Source of the DNA: an uncultured bacterium
Lineage (GTDB): Bacteria; Verrucomicrobiota; Verrucomicrobiia; Limisphaerales; UBA8199
Length of the DNA: 64,000 bases
Direction: 5' to 3'
Assembly: GCA_963749495.1 (NCBI GenBank)
Contig: CAVVMW010000023.1
Location: forward strand, 672,001-736,000
Positions 1-10,661 of the stretch are shown here, in pieces; position 1 is the stretch's first letter; each line of letters opens with the position of its first letter. Both the position numbers and the translations under genes were made by a program. A model generated the notes under the pieces. It worked only from the letters and a program-made list of their open reading frames with translations, was not told the DNA's origin and ran no database searches.

Positions 1-39
1 AAACCCAGAGACTCCTCGGGTCGTCTCCTGCAATCGGCT

Positions 40-1248
40 TTGAGCGGCGAGTCTGTGCCTGCGCCCCCTCTGAAGGGCAGGCTCGCGGCCACGGGCGGGG
101 TGTTGCTCCTGGCGGCCACGGTCTCATTCCTGCCCACGGCGGCGCTGAACCTGTACTACTGCGGCGAGTGGTCGGGACTGCACCTTGAACGCGCCGGCAT
201 GGAGATGAAGAACCCGTGGGTGGGTCTCTGGGGGAACGGGTTCCTGCTTCTGCTGCATAACTTGGCGCCGCCCATCCTCCCGGCCGCGGGTTGGTGGAAC
301 GCCTCCGCTCTGTCGGTCCTGCCACCGGCGCTGGCGCGCCCACTCGAGGCGAATTTCGAGAATGGCTTTCAGCAGGTCAAGGAACTGCCGACGGAAGACT
401 GGGCCGGGCTGGGTTTCGGCCTGAGCGTGCTCGTACTGGTGTCGGTGCTGGCGGCGACAAGGCGGGGCAGGGGCAGGCAGAGGGTCGAAGGTCGAGGGTC
501 GAGGGTCGAGGGACCGAAGGCCGGTCCCAGGTCGCTTGGTCCCTGGGTCTCTTGGTCTTTTGGTCTTTTGGTCTCCTGGTCCCTCGTCCGCTGGTGTGTG
601 ATGGCCGCTGCGTGGGTGGCGTTGGCGGCGTATTGCGTCAAGTCGGGGATGAACGACGGGGCGCGCATCATTTCTCCTTACTACCCTTTGCTGCTGCCCT
701 TATTGCTGTCGAGCCCGCGGCAATCCGAGATCGTTCGGCGGCGCTGGTGGCGGGTCATGGCGGGGGCGGTGCTGGGCCTGGCCTTCCTGGTTCTGGTGCT
801 GACCCCGGGCGGGCCTTTGTGGCCGGCCCAAACGGTCTTGTCGAGGGCCCTCGCCAGTCATCCCGGGCAGCGGTTGCTGGCGCGGGGCCTCAATGTGTAT
901 GAGGTGTACGCCGCTCGTTCCGACCCGCTGGCCAACGTCCGGGCGCTGCTGCCGCCCGGATTGAGGGTGGTCGGGTTTCTGGCCGACGGCAATGATATCG
1001 ACATTTCACTGTGGCGGCCGTATTTCGAGCGGCGGGTGGAACATGTGCTGCTGGCGGAAACAGGTGCGGCCATCCGGCAGCGGCACATTCGCTACCTTGT
1101 GGTGGGGGGGGCGTTTTTGGCCTCGCAGCAGACTGCGCTGGCGGATTGGCAGCGGCGGACGGGGGCGGACCTGGTGGCCAGCACGACCGCCACGTTACTC
1201 GTGACCGAAGGACCGCAGGCCTGGTACGTCCTGCGGCTGCGCGACTGA
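40..1248 (+). CDS. Polytopic membrane protein, 3' part (possibly GT-C/ArnT-like glycosyltransferase); probably begins upstream of the window
   Basis: Several hydrophobic segments followed by a soluble C-terminal domain; interrupted in frame by short tandem repeats at 480-584. Confidence 0.55.
   Translation: MSGESVPAPPLKGRLAATGGVLLLAATVSFLPTAALNLYYCGEWSGLHLERAGMEMKNPWVGLWGNGFLLLLHNLAPPILPAAGWWNASALSVLPPALARPLEANFENGFQQVKELPTEDWAGLGFGLSVLVLVSVLAATRRGRGRQRVEGRGSRVEGPKAGPRSLGPWVSWSFGLLVSWSLVRWCVMAAAWVALAAYCVKSGMNDGARIISPYYPLLLPLLLSSPRQSEIVRRRWWRVMAGAVLGLAFLVLVLTPGGPLWPAQTVLSRALASHPGQRLLARGLNVYEVYAARSDPLANVRALLPPGLRVVGFLADGNDIDISLWRPYFERRVEHVLLAETGAAIRQRHIRYLVVGGAFLASQQTALADWQRRTGADLVASTTATLLVTEGPQAWYVLRLRD
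480..512 (+). repeat. Heptamer tandem repeat (GAGGGTC)n, about 4.7 copies, inside a CDS
   Basis: GAGGGTC GAAGGTC GAGGGTC GAGGGTC GAGGG; reverse complement of the array at 26854-26930. Confidence 0.9.
537..584 (+). repeat. Octamer tandem repeat (TTGGTCTY-like) x6, in frame inside a CDS
   Basis: TTGGTCCC TGGGTCTC TTGGTCTT TTGGTCTT TTGGTCTC CTGGTCCC = 48 bp. Confidence 0.8.
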
Positions 1249-1326
1249 AGGGGCGGGGGAATTTGATTGAGCGGATTACCCGCTTCTGCTATCCATTAGT
1301 CATTGATGACGGATTCGCGGAAGGAT

Positions 1327-1515
1327 ATGGAACGACAACCGACCAACGGTGTGCTTGAGGATTTCCGGATGGATTTCCTGGAATGGTGGCAGCGGCTGCC
1401 GTACCTGGTGGCGTTCCTGGGGCTGTTCCTGGTGGGTCATTGGCTGCGGGAGCGCGCACCGCTGACGCCAATACCACCGGCCACGAAGACGCCATGCCCA
1501 GGCGAAAATGGATGA
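1327..1515 (+). pseudogene. Internally deleted exosortase-like gene (N-terminus fused to C-terminus)
   Basis: MERQPTNGVLEDFRMDFLEWWQRLP joins directly to YLVAFLGLFLVGHWLRE. From recall, these resemble the two ends of verrucomicrobial exosortases; only about 62 aa remain. Confidence 0.5.
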
Positions 1516-1598
1516 TGCTGGCGGTCGTGTTCGCGATGATGGCCGGCGCGGCGGGGATGCTCGCCCATTTGCGGGCGCACCCTTAGCTTGGGCCAGTG
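1494..1598 (+). pseudogene. Truncated exosortase-associated EpsI-like gene (N-terminal anchor only)
   Basis: MPRRKWMMLAVVFAMMAGAAGMLAHLRAHP*LGQ*; overlaps the end of the exosortase remnant. Confidence 0.4.
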
Positions 1599-1641
1599 AG
1601 TCGATGAATCAGTGGATCCTCCAGTTGCAGAAGCATCACAG

Positions 1642-2775
1642 ATGAATTTGATTCGTTTGTCCCGCAAAGTGGCGTAGGGCTGGCCGTACCTGGTCAAAGA
1701 GTTTCGGGCCGGGGTTTCCAATCGCACCGGTTGTTTCATTGCCCGGCCGCGCGTCGTGCATTTGTGGCGCAATGGCCCATGCAACGGTGGTTGCGTAATA
1801 TGCCACTTGGGTTATTCCAAGGGCAAGCGGCGCGAGGAGCTATTCGACTCGCCCATCAAAGACGAGATGATTCCGGGGTTGCTCCAGCAGATAAAGGAGC
1901 TGGGCGGAGGCGGGACCATGGTCTCCTATATGTGCGGGGAGCCGCTGCTGAACCGGTCGCTGTTGGACTGGGTCGAACAGGCAAAGCGGCTGCGGCTGGA
2001 TTTCCGCTTTACGACCAATGGCTACCATCTGGACCGCGCGATGGCGCAACGATTGGTCGCCGCCGGGCTCTTCAACCTTGGGGTTTCCCTAGAATCGCTC
2101 GACCCGAAGATCAACGAGCAAATCCGGCCCTACAAGAACGCCACCGATAAGGCAGTGGGCGCCATCGGGCTGCTGCTGGAGGAGAAACGCCGCCAGCGCT
2201 CTCCGCTCAGCCTCAACGTCAAGTGTACGCTGACCAACGTGAACCTGGAGTCGGTTTTGGACCTGGCGCAACGGTATGGATGGATGGATGGCGTGATTCT
2301 GACACCGCAGATGTTCGAGGTGATGCGGGACATGCCGCCCGAGACCGCCGACAAACTCTGGATCCGGGACGCCGGCCGAGTCGAGGCGGTCGTGCGCGAA
2401 CTCAAGGCCCTGAAGGCGCGGGGCTATCACATCAATGCCGATGATCGCGCGCTGGACGACTTTGTCCGCCTTTGCCGGCAGGACCCGGGCCATCAGTCCA
2501 CCATGCACGAGCGGAACGCCAGGGACGAGAATCAGCCGGATTGCTTTATCGGGACCGACAACCTGTTCATCACGAATGGCCCGGTTCGGCTCTGCCCGCA
2601 TTTCCCCTCGATCGGGGACGTGGTCAATGAGCGGGCGAGTTTGAAAGAAATGTGGCTGAGCGAGCCCGCCCGCCGCGTGCGCGAACAAATCCGCAAGTGC
2701 CGGACCCTCTGCACCCTGTCCTGCACGCGGCGAATGTCCGTGGCGCACAAGATCCGAACGTTCCTGAAGCTGTGA
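1642..2775 (+). CDS. Radical SAM protein with C-terminal SPASM/twitch-like Cys region; in-frame TAG at 1675 after the likely ATG at 1642
   Basis: CNGGCVIC (CxxxCxxC), GEPLL, TTNG, VSLES; C-terminal C..CP..C..C..C. Confidence 0.85.
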
Positions 2776-2844
2776 AGGCGAAGCCCCTGCAACCGGAGGG
2801 CAGAGCGCCAGGTCTGCTCGCACCTCAAGTCATCCCACTTAGCG

Positions 2845-3827
2845 ATGCGACAGGTTAGATGTAATTTGTGCGGGGCAGACAACTACAGGGTGGTTTTTCC
2901 GCCGGCTGCGCGCAGTTGCACCAAATCGTCCGCTGCCGATGCTGCGGCTTGATGTGTGCCAATCCCCAACAGCACGTGGACTGCGAGGATTTCGCGGCGC
3001 GGCAGCCGGCCGAGGCCTACGACCCGGCGTCGGAATTCAATCGCCAATACTACCAAAAGCAAGTGACCCAGTTGCCGGACAACCTGCGGGCGCTGGCGGT
3101 GCTGGACGCAGTTTTGCCCGGACGCGGCAAGTTGCTGGAGATCGGCAGCTTCCTGGGATTGTTTCTGGACCGTATCCGTGCCGACGGGTGGCAGGTGGCG
3201 GGGCTGGAGCCGTACCGTCCGGCCGCCAACTACGCGCGAGCCAAATATGGGCTGGAAATCATCGAAGGCGCGCTGCCAAACGCGGCCTTGCCGACGGCCC
3301 GCTTCGACGCGGTGATGATGCTGCACGTCATCGAGCACCTGCCCGACCCGGCGGAGGGCCTGCGCGACTTGCGCCGCGTGGTCAAGCCCGGCGGCGTGCT
3401 GGTGGTGGAAACCCCGCGCTTTGATTCGCTGTCGTTCAAGCTGCTGGGCCGGCGCGAGCGCAGCATCCAGAACTGTCCGGGGCACATCTTCTTCTTCACC
3501 GAACAGACCCTCCGGCAAATCCTGGAACATCACGGCTTCAAGGTCTTCCGCGTCGAGCGGGTGGGCCGGACGCTGACGATAGACCGGTTTCTCTACAACC
3601 TCGGCCTGGTGACCCGCTCCGCCCGGGCGCAACGCTGGCTCGCGCGCGCCGCCCGGGCGCTGCACCTGGAAAACATCCGCTTTTACATCAACGTGCGGGA
3701 CATGCAGCGGATGTATGCCAAGGCGGTGCTTGAGAATTCTGTTGCGCGGCAGGGCGCGTTTCCCTACAAGACAACGAATGTCCATCGCAACCAAAGGCAA
3801 CGCATCCCGTGTGAGAGCGCCGTTTGA
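2845..3827 (+). CDS. Class I SAM-dependent methyltransferase with N-terminal Zn-binding motif; frameshift near 2897
   Basis: MRQVRCNLCG in the upstream frame joins IVRCRCCGL; motifs LLEIGSFLG and HVIEHLPDP..VKPGGVLVVETP. Confidence 0.85.
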
Positions 3828-4704
3828 CCTCGTCCAGTTTCTAGCCTCGCGCACCCGGAGAGTCAACCGGGCTCTGGACCATTACCTGCCTGCGGCCACC
3901 ACGCGGCCGGCGACGATCCACCGGGCGATGCGCTACTCGTTGTTTGCCGGCGGCAAACGCATGCGGCCGGCCTTGTGCCTGGCCGCCGCCGCCGCCTGCG
4001 GGGGCCTTGAAGCCGGCGCCATGCCCCTGGCGTGCGCCGTCGAGTGCGTCCACACCTATTCGCTCATCCACGACGACTTGCCCGCGATGGACAACGATGA
4101 TTACCGCCGGGGCAAGCTGACCAACCACAAGGTCTTTGGCGAGGGCATCGCCGTGCTGGCGGGCGATGCGCTGCTGACCCAGGCCTTCGAAGTGGCGGCC
4201 CAATGCCGGCCCCAGCCCCGCTATCCGCATCGGCGGATCATCCTCGAACTGGCCCGCGCGGCTGGCTCCCTCCAGTTGGTCGCCGGCCAGGTGGCCGATC
4301 TCGAGGCCGAGGGCCGCCAAATCTCCGCCCGGCGCCTCCGCTACATCCACGAGCGCAAGACCTCCGCCCTGCTCTGCTGCTCCGTCCGCCTGGGCGGCAT
4401 GAGCGCCAACTGCACCCCCGCCCATCTCCAGGCCCTGACCGATTTCGGCTACCACGTCGGCCTCGCCTTCCAGGTGATCGATGACATCCTCGATGTCACA
4501 CAGACCAGCGAGAAGCTGGGCAAGACTGCCGGAAAAGATTCCAAGGCCAGCAAGGCCACTTACCCCTCAATCGTCGGCCTGGAAAAGTCACGCCAAATCG
4601 CCCAGGACCTGACCGAGCGGGCCTTCGCGGCCCTCAAACCCTTCCACGGCCGCGCCAAGGCGCTTGAAGCCCTCGCACAATACCTCCTCAAGCGGGACAG
4701 ATGA
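3778..4704 (+). CDS. ispA: Polyprenyl (farnesyl/geranylgeranyl) diphosphate synthase
   Basis: GGKRMRP, SLIHDDLPAMDNDDYRRGK, FQVIDDILD, KATYP motifs. Confidence 0.93.
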   Translation: MSIATKGNASRVRAPFDLVQFLASRTRRVNRALDHYLPAATTRPATIHRAMRYSLFAGGKRMRPALCLAAAAACGGLEAGAMPLACAVECVHTYSLIHDDLPAMDNDDYRRGKLTNHKVFGEGIAVLAGDALLTQAFEVAAQCRPQPRYPHRRIILELARAAGSLQLVAGQVADLEAEGRQISARRLRYIHERKTSALLCCSVRLGGMSANCTPAHLQALTDFGYHVGLAFQVIDDILDVTQTSEKLGKTAGKDSKASKATYPSIVGLEKSRQIAQDLTERAFAALKPFHGRAKALEALAQYLLKRDR

Positions 4705-4912
4705 GCGCGAGGCGCCGAGATTAGACAAGGGTGGGCCGGAATAAACCCCCTCCGCCCAACGTTTCCAAGCGCACAGTCCAGAGATCTGCTTCGTTCAAGG
4801 CCAGCAGCAAGGCGTCTTCGTCCGGGTTTAGTAGATTTGTGCAGACCCGGAGGAACGTCTGCCTGGCCCAACAATATGCCGGACAACGGCACCACCGGGA
4901 AGCCCCTTCGTC

Positions 4913-7096
4913 CTAAGGTTGGCGTGTGCGGTAGTAGCGTGTTGAGTGGTTGCCGGCGTCGGTATCAACGAACCCGGCCAAGCCGTCGGCGCCGGCGAGC
5001 GCTTGGCCAATGTTCACCCAGTTCTGGGCGGACAGGCTCTCGCAGGCCTCGATGTCGTAGGTGACGCCCGGAATGCCGGCCAATCGGATGGTGGCTGTGC
5101 CGGCACCGACGGACACGCTGAGCAGGCGTGGGGCCGTGGAAGCGCTATAAATCGCCAGACTGTGATCCCCTCCCGCGGCGATGGCCGTCACGCCGCTCAA
5201 GCCCGGGGGCGCGGTGCTTTGGCCATTATCATCGTTTCCCCAGCCGGCGACCGTTCCGTCCTGCTTCAGCGCCAGGCTGTGATCCCCTCCCGCCGCGATG
5301 GCCGTCACGCCGCTCAAGCCTCCGGGCACGGTGCTTTGGCCATAGTCATTGTCTCCCCAGGCGACGACCGTCCCGTCCTGCTCCAGCGCCAGACTGTGAT
5401 ACTCTCCCGCCGCGATGGCCATGACGCCGCTCAAGCCCGCGGGCACGGTGCTTTGGCCGTAGAAATTGGCCCCCCAGGCGACGACCGTCCCGTCCTGCTC
5501 CAGTGCCAGACTGTGATCCTCGCCCGCGGCGATGGCCGTCACGCCGCTCAAGCCCGTGGGCACGGTGCTTTTGCCAAACCCATTGTCTCCCCAGGCGACC
5601 ACCGTCCCGTCCTGCTTCAACGCCAGACTGTGATCGTCTCCTGCGGCGATGGCGGCCACGCCGCTCAAGCCAGCGGGCACGGTGCTTTGGCCATAGACAT
5701 TGTATCCCCAGGCGACGACCGTCCCGTCCTGCTTCAACGCCAGACTGTGATATTCCCCCGCCGCGATGGCCGTCACGCCGCTCAAGCCCGCAGGCAGGGT
5801 GCTTTGGCCATACCGATTGTCGCCCCAGGCGGCCACCGTCCCCTCCTGCTTCAACGCCAGACTGTGAGCCGCTCCCGCAACGATGGCCGTCACGGCGCTC
5901 AAGCCCGCGGGCACGGTGCTTTGGCCATAGAAATTGGCCCCCCAGGCGACGACCGTCCCGTCCTGCTTCAACGCCAGACTGTGATACCCTCCCGCCGCGA
6001 GGGCCGTCACGCCGCTCAGGCCTGCGGGCACGGTGCTTTGGCCATAATCACTCGATCCCCAGGCGACCACCGTCCCGTCCTGCTTCAACGCCAGACTGTG
6101 ATACTCTCCCGCGGCGATGGCCGTCACGCCGCTCAAGCCCGCAGGCACGGTGCTTTGGCCATACCGACTGTCTCCCCAGGCGATGACCGTCCCGTCCTGT
6201 TTCAACGCCAGACTGTGATGCCCTCCCGCCGCGATGGCCGTCAGGCTGCTCAGGCCAAATGGCGCGGTGCTTTCCCCATAGAAATTGTCTCCCCAGCCGA
6301 CCACCGTCCCGTCCTGCTTCAGGGCCAGACTGTGATTCCCTCCCGCCGCTATGGCCGCCACGCCGCTCAAGCCAGCGGGCACGGTGCTTTCGCCATAGAA
6401 ATTGTCTCCCCAGGCGACCACCGTCCCATCCTGCTTCAACGCCAGACTGTGATCGTCTCCCGCCGCGATGGCCGCCACGCCGCTCAAGCCCGCGGGCACG
6501 CTGCTTTCGCCATAGAAATTGTCTCCCCAGGCGACGACCGTCCCGTCCTGCTTCAATGCCAGGCTGTGACCCCCTCCCGCCGCGACGGCCGTCACGCCGC
6601 TCACGCCAAGGGGCACGGTGCTTTGAGCCCATCCATTGTCTCCCCAGGCGACGACCGTCCCGTCCTGCTCGAGCGCCAGACTGTGATAGTCTCCCGCTGC
6701 TACGTTCGTAAAGGTGGCGCCAGAGCCACTTAGCGGAAATACCACTTGGTCTCCCCATCCTGTCACCCTCCCCACGGGCGCCGCCTGCGCCGGCAGTGTG
6801 TGAAGCGCCGCGACTGTGGCGAGGATCGCCAGCAACGGCGCTGAGCCCAAACGCGCCAGCCCAGCTTGAACGTTGCAGCCCCTCTCCATCCCCGCAAGCG
6901 GCGCAAGCCCCGCCAGGGCCGGCCCGCTCGGAATCCCCCAGTTCCCCGCGTGGGGCACCGCTGGTGGACCCGCAAACTCCAGGCGCCGACTCACCAACGG
7001 GTCGGCGGTGAGCTCAAATTCGGCCGCAGCTTGACCGGCACGGGCGGGGCTCACGGCGGCTGGAGCATTTGTCCGGCTTGTCCCATCCTCTTTCAT
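4913..7096 (-). CDS. Secreted RCC1/BLIP-II repeat beta-propeller protein (14 repeats of 39 aa) with a C-terminal domain ending RYYRTRQP
   Basis: 14 copies of AAGxxHSLA(LKQDGTVVAWGxxxxGQSTVPAGLSGVTAI), the last partial; hydrophobic signal-like segment before the repeats; true start uncertain. Confidence 0.92.
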   Translation of the reverse strand: MKEDGTSRTNAPAAVSPARAGQAAAEFELTADPLVSRRLEFAGPPAVPHAGNWGIPSGPALAGLAPLAGMERGCNVQAGLARLGSAPLLAILATVAALHTLPAQAAPVGRVTGWGDQVVFPLSGSGATFTNVAAGDYHSLALEQDGTVVAWGDNGWAQSTVPLGVSGVTAVAAGGGHSLALKQDGTVVAWGDNFYGESSVPAGLSGVAAIAAGDDHSLALKQDGTVVAWGDNFYGESTVPAGLSGVAAIAAGGNHSLALKQDGTVVGWGDNFYGESTAPFGLSSLTAIAAGGHHSLALKQDGTVIAWGDSRYGQSTVPAGLSGVTAIAAGEYHSLALKQDGTVVAWGSSDYGQSTVPAGLSGVTALAAGGYHSLALKQDGTVVAWGANFYGQSTVPAGLSAVTAIVAGAAHSLALKQEGTVAAWGDNRYGQSTLPAGLSGVTAIAAGEYHSLALKQDGTVVAWGYNVYGQSTVPAGLSGVAAIAAGDDHSLALKQDGTVVAWGDNGFGKSTVPTGLSGVTAIAAGEDHSLALEQDGTVVAWGANFYGQSTVPAGLSGVMAIAAGEYHSLALEQDGTVVAWGDNDYGQSTVPGGLSGVTAIAAGGDHSLALKQDGTVAGWGNDDNGQSTAPPGLSGVTAIAAGGDHSLAIYSASTAPRLLSVSVGAGTATIRLAGIPGVTYDIEACESLSAQNWVNIGQALAGADGLAGFVDTDAGNHSTRYYRTRQP
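5150..6700 (-). repeat. 117-bp near-identical coding tandem repeats
   Basis: Recurrent gaccgtcccgtcctgcttcaacgccagactgtg with a 117-bp period. Confidence 0.95.
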
Positions 7097-7173
7097 ATCG
7101 TTGCCGAAAACTCGTGGGTTTCAGATCAGCTTGCCGACAATTCAGACATCGCAGCGACGGCCCGGGGCCGCCA

Positions 7174-10100
7174 CTACCACGTGTTCGCCGGGTCGCCAGT
7201 GCGCTTGGTTCCGCAACGGAACATCGGCCAAGCCGTGCTGCCGGGGCCCACGTCGTTCCAAAGGGCGTAGAGTTTTCCGTTTTCCGAGCCAACATACAGT
7301 ACTTTATTACCACCAATGGCCGGGGAAGAAAAGACACCGCCCCCGGTGTAGTACGGCCATAGGCCGGGTTTGTACAGAGTTCCGTTCGGATTCAGGGCGT
7401 AAATCTTGCCGTCCATCGAGCCGAAGTAAATTGTCCCGTCCGCCGAAATGGCCGGCGAGCCGTCAACCTCCCAACCCGTGGTGTAGGGCCAGCCGGGTTT
7501 CAACGCGCCGGCCGAGGTCAGGGCGTAGAGGTTGTGGTTCTGGGAGCCCACGTAAACCGTTCCGTCCGGCCCAAGAGCGGCAGAGGATTCGATGGCCGCG
7601 CCCGTATTGTACTGCCATTTGAGGCTTCCGTTGGTCAGGGCGTAGATTTTTCCGTCGAAGGACCCGACATAAACGGTCCCGTTGCTCGCGATGGTGGGCG
7701 AGGCATAGACGTAGCCGCCCGTGGTGAAAGGCCATGGGGACTTGTCGGTACCGTTGGCGGGATTCAGTCCGTACACCTTGCCGTCCATCCCGCCGATGTA
7801 CACGCTGCCGTCGGGGCCAACGGCTGGCGACGAGTAGACCGTGTTGCCCGTGGTCCTGGACCATTTCAACGTGCCCGACGGGTTTAGCGCATAGACTTTC
7901 TGATCGTCTATCGTCGCGAAATAGATGGTGCCGTCCGTTGCGATGGCGGGGGAGGCGAAGATTTCGCCCCCTGTTTGGTACCCCCACTTGTACGTGCCGT
8001 TCGTGTTGATGGCGTAGAGCCAGGTGTCATAACAGCCCACGTAGATTGTCCCATCCGGCCCGATGGCCGGTGTGGAGTAGAAGCTCCAGGTCCCGTACTG
8101 TCCCGGGTAGCTCCACTTCAACGTGCCGTTGGTATTGATCGCATAGAGCTTGTTGTCCGGGTTGACGGAACCGACGTAGATGGTGCCGTCCGGCCCGATG
8201 GCCGGCGAGGAGTAAATGGCGCCTGGGGCCTGAAATGACCACTCAAGCCACTCAACGTAGCCCGGGGCCAGGTCGTTCGTCTCATGCACGCCTGGACCTA
8301 CGGGCCCGAACGAATTCTGTACGACAGGGGGTTCGGTCGCGCTCCACCCCATCCCCCGCTTGGCGAAGGCGTTCCACAGGTCCTGGGCGCACGAGCCGTT
8401 GTTGTCCACAAAATCCGCCTGCAAGAGCGCATCCCGGGCTTGAAGGAAGCTCGGATTCGGCGGGGCAAGCGTCATTCCCTCCATTACGGTCCAAAGCACC
8501 ATGTCGTTGCCAGGGTTCCACCCAAAGTTGGTGATCACATTCGCGCGCGCGTCCCACAGGGTCACGCACCATACCTCACCCAAGGTGCGAGCCACGTAGG
8601 CGTTGTTCACGAGCTCCGTACTCGGATTGCCAGGGACTCCCGGGTGGCCACTGAACGTGGAGGGAGAGATGTCCGCAAAGGTGCGGGGCTCTTGTTCGTG
8701 TCGGTGCAGTAGGGATAGTAGCGACATCCGTAGTAATAGTTCGCCCTTTCGCTGCCCCACAAATAGCTGCCGTAAGCCGCGAAGGGGTAACAACCGTTTA
8801 CGTCGTTGGTTGGTTGGCTAAGGAGCGACAGCGCGTAAAAGTCGGCCCATCCCTCATCCAGACCCCCGGACTCGAAATAGGTTAAGGGATTCGAGTTGTT
8901 TGTCGTCCACCCGCCCCCAGCGAGCCTTGCGTTCAATCCGTGCGTATATTCGTGGAGAATGGTCTGTGTGTCCAAGTCGTCGTCCCTGTTAGGGGTCGGC
9001 CCGTTGTCCACGCACAGCTCCAGCCAGCCGCTCGTCCCGTCCGGAGATTGAACGAAAGAGGAGTTATAGTAGTTGCCGTTGTCCGCGCCGAATTGGGCGA
9101 ACACGAGGACCGGATCGTTGGGGGCGCCGCGCCCGCTGAAGTTGGTCTGCTGGAAATTTCCGGCGGCTTCGGTGAAGCCGAGCTGGTAGAGCCTGTCGTG
9201 CATCCAGTTGCACCAATAGAACGCGTTCACGACGCTCGCGTTTGTGTAGGTGATTGGGTCGTTGGTCAGGCCGACGGTGAAGCCGAACCACCTGTTCGTA
9301 GAGGCATGCACGTAATTGGTGCATGGCCACGTGCCACCGCGGTTCAATGAGGCAAGGACGTTGTTCCCAGCCGTGTAATTGGTGCCGTCATTGATCCAGC
9401 CGTTTGGTGAGGCGTTCGTGTCGAAGGCGCTCAGGGTCACCCATTGTTGCGTGACCGTGGTCGGCTGATTGGTGTTCGGCGTCGTCCAGCCCGGCATCTT
9501 GGGCGTCGGACTATCGTTCGTATAGACAAGGTAACTGGCGTTGCTGATCCCTTTTGTCAGGTTGTGGCGAACGAGCGCCTCGCCCGAGGATGCATCCACG
9601 ACTGTTTCAAAGGCCTCCCAAGTCCCGCGGGGGTGGAGCCGGACGAGCCAGCAGAGGCGGACCGAGGAGCGGCTCATGGGCAGCCAGACCAGGGCGGCCT
9701 GCGCCTGGCCCATGAGGGCCGCCGAGGCGAGAATCTGCGCCTTGTCGGGCTCCGTTGAGGCAGGGGCCGCGAGCTCGATCTGGTCCGGAGTGACATTCTC
9801 CCCAACGTCGGCCAGGGCTGAAATCAACGCGTCCACCGCGGAAATCGGTGGGGCGAGCTCGAGCTGCGTCCGGGCGGCGGCGTCCAGGCCGGAGGCGTGC
9901 TCGATCTCCGGAAGGAAGCCGCTGGAGATGTTCACCAATTCGCCGCTTCTGGTGATGTGCCCGACGAGCACGCCGTCGAAGACCGGAATGCCGTCCAATT
10001 GCTGCTGCCAGACGACCGTTCGCATCCCGCTCCTGTCGCCGGCGAATTCGCGGGCGATGGTCGCATTGGTCAGCACCTCCGGCCCGTGGCCGAACAAGGC

Positions 10101-10482
10101 GGCGTTGTCCGCGAGGAACTCTTTGACAGGCCCGTAGGGGTCGCTGGGAGCCGCCGGGGCGGGCGTTTGGGCCGTCCTCGGATGATAAATTTCATCCCCG
10201 GCGGCCGGCCCAGTCAGGAAGCCCGAACGGCAACGCGATCCAACTCGGTGCGGCGGTGACTGGATCGTAATCTACCCGTGCATAGGGCACCCTTGCAACG
10301 AGCAGGCTCTCCGCCGCTTTTCGTTCCGGGGCAACCTGGACGGGCACTGCCCCATCCAGCCGCTTGTCCATACTGGGCGTGGGCGCCCCTTCCGCAGGCG
10401 CGGGTGCCAATGCCTGTTGAATTGTGCCAACCAGCGCCAATAGAATGGCTCTGGACGAGATTATCGTCCCCCTGGATTTCAT
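7174..10482 (-). CDS. Secreted M36 (fungalysin) metallopeptidase with propeptide and C-terminal PQQ-like beta-propeller; split by frameshifts into ORFs 10192-10521, 8607-10097 and 7174-8793
   Basis: FTEAAGNFQ, ILHEYTHGL...GLDEGWADF, GEVWC..LWD, FLQARDALLQAD..LWNAFAKRGMG; followed by repeated SSPAIGPDGTIYVGS..LYA..G.LKW. Confidence 0.88.
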
Positions 10483-10661
10483 GGTCTTGCTAACTTTGAT
10501 TGTCTGCGTCATCCGCTTCAAGTGGCGGGATCCCGCCCCGCCGCCAGCGGTTTCGCAAACGAGCCTCTCAGAAATTTGTTTTCCGCGGAAGTCGCCTGTT
10601 CAGGTTAAGCTGTTCAGCCTACACCGGGGCTGCCGTTTGCCGGACTGGCCTTGCCGGAGAA

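Noticed and set aside
1584..1677. Two nearby in-frame TAG codons as stop-codon recoding
   Set aside because: Other genes here end properly at TAG (AAA ATPase, kinase, transposase), and no pyrrolysine machinery is seen
5150..6700. 117-bp repeats as a CRISPR array or DGR target
   Set aside because: The repeats are in-frame coding RCC1 units with no unique spacers; no cas genes, reverse transcriptase or template repeat in the window
4946..6733. 595-aa plus-strand ORF and other long antisense ORFs (e.g. 14183-15715, 36749-38893, 44638-46107)
   Set aside because: Shadow ORFs of high-GC coding genes on the opposite strand
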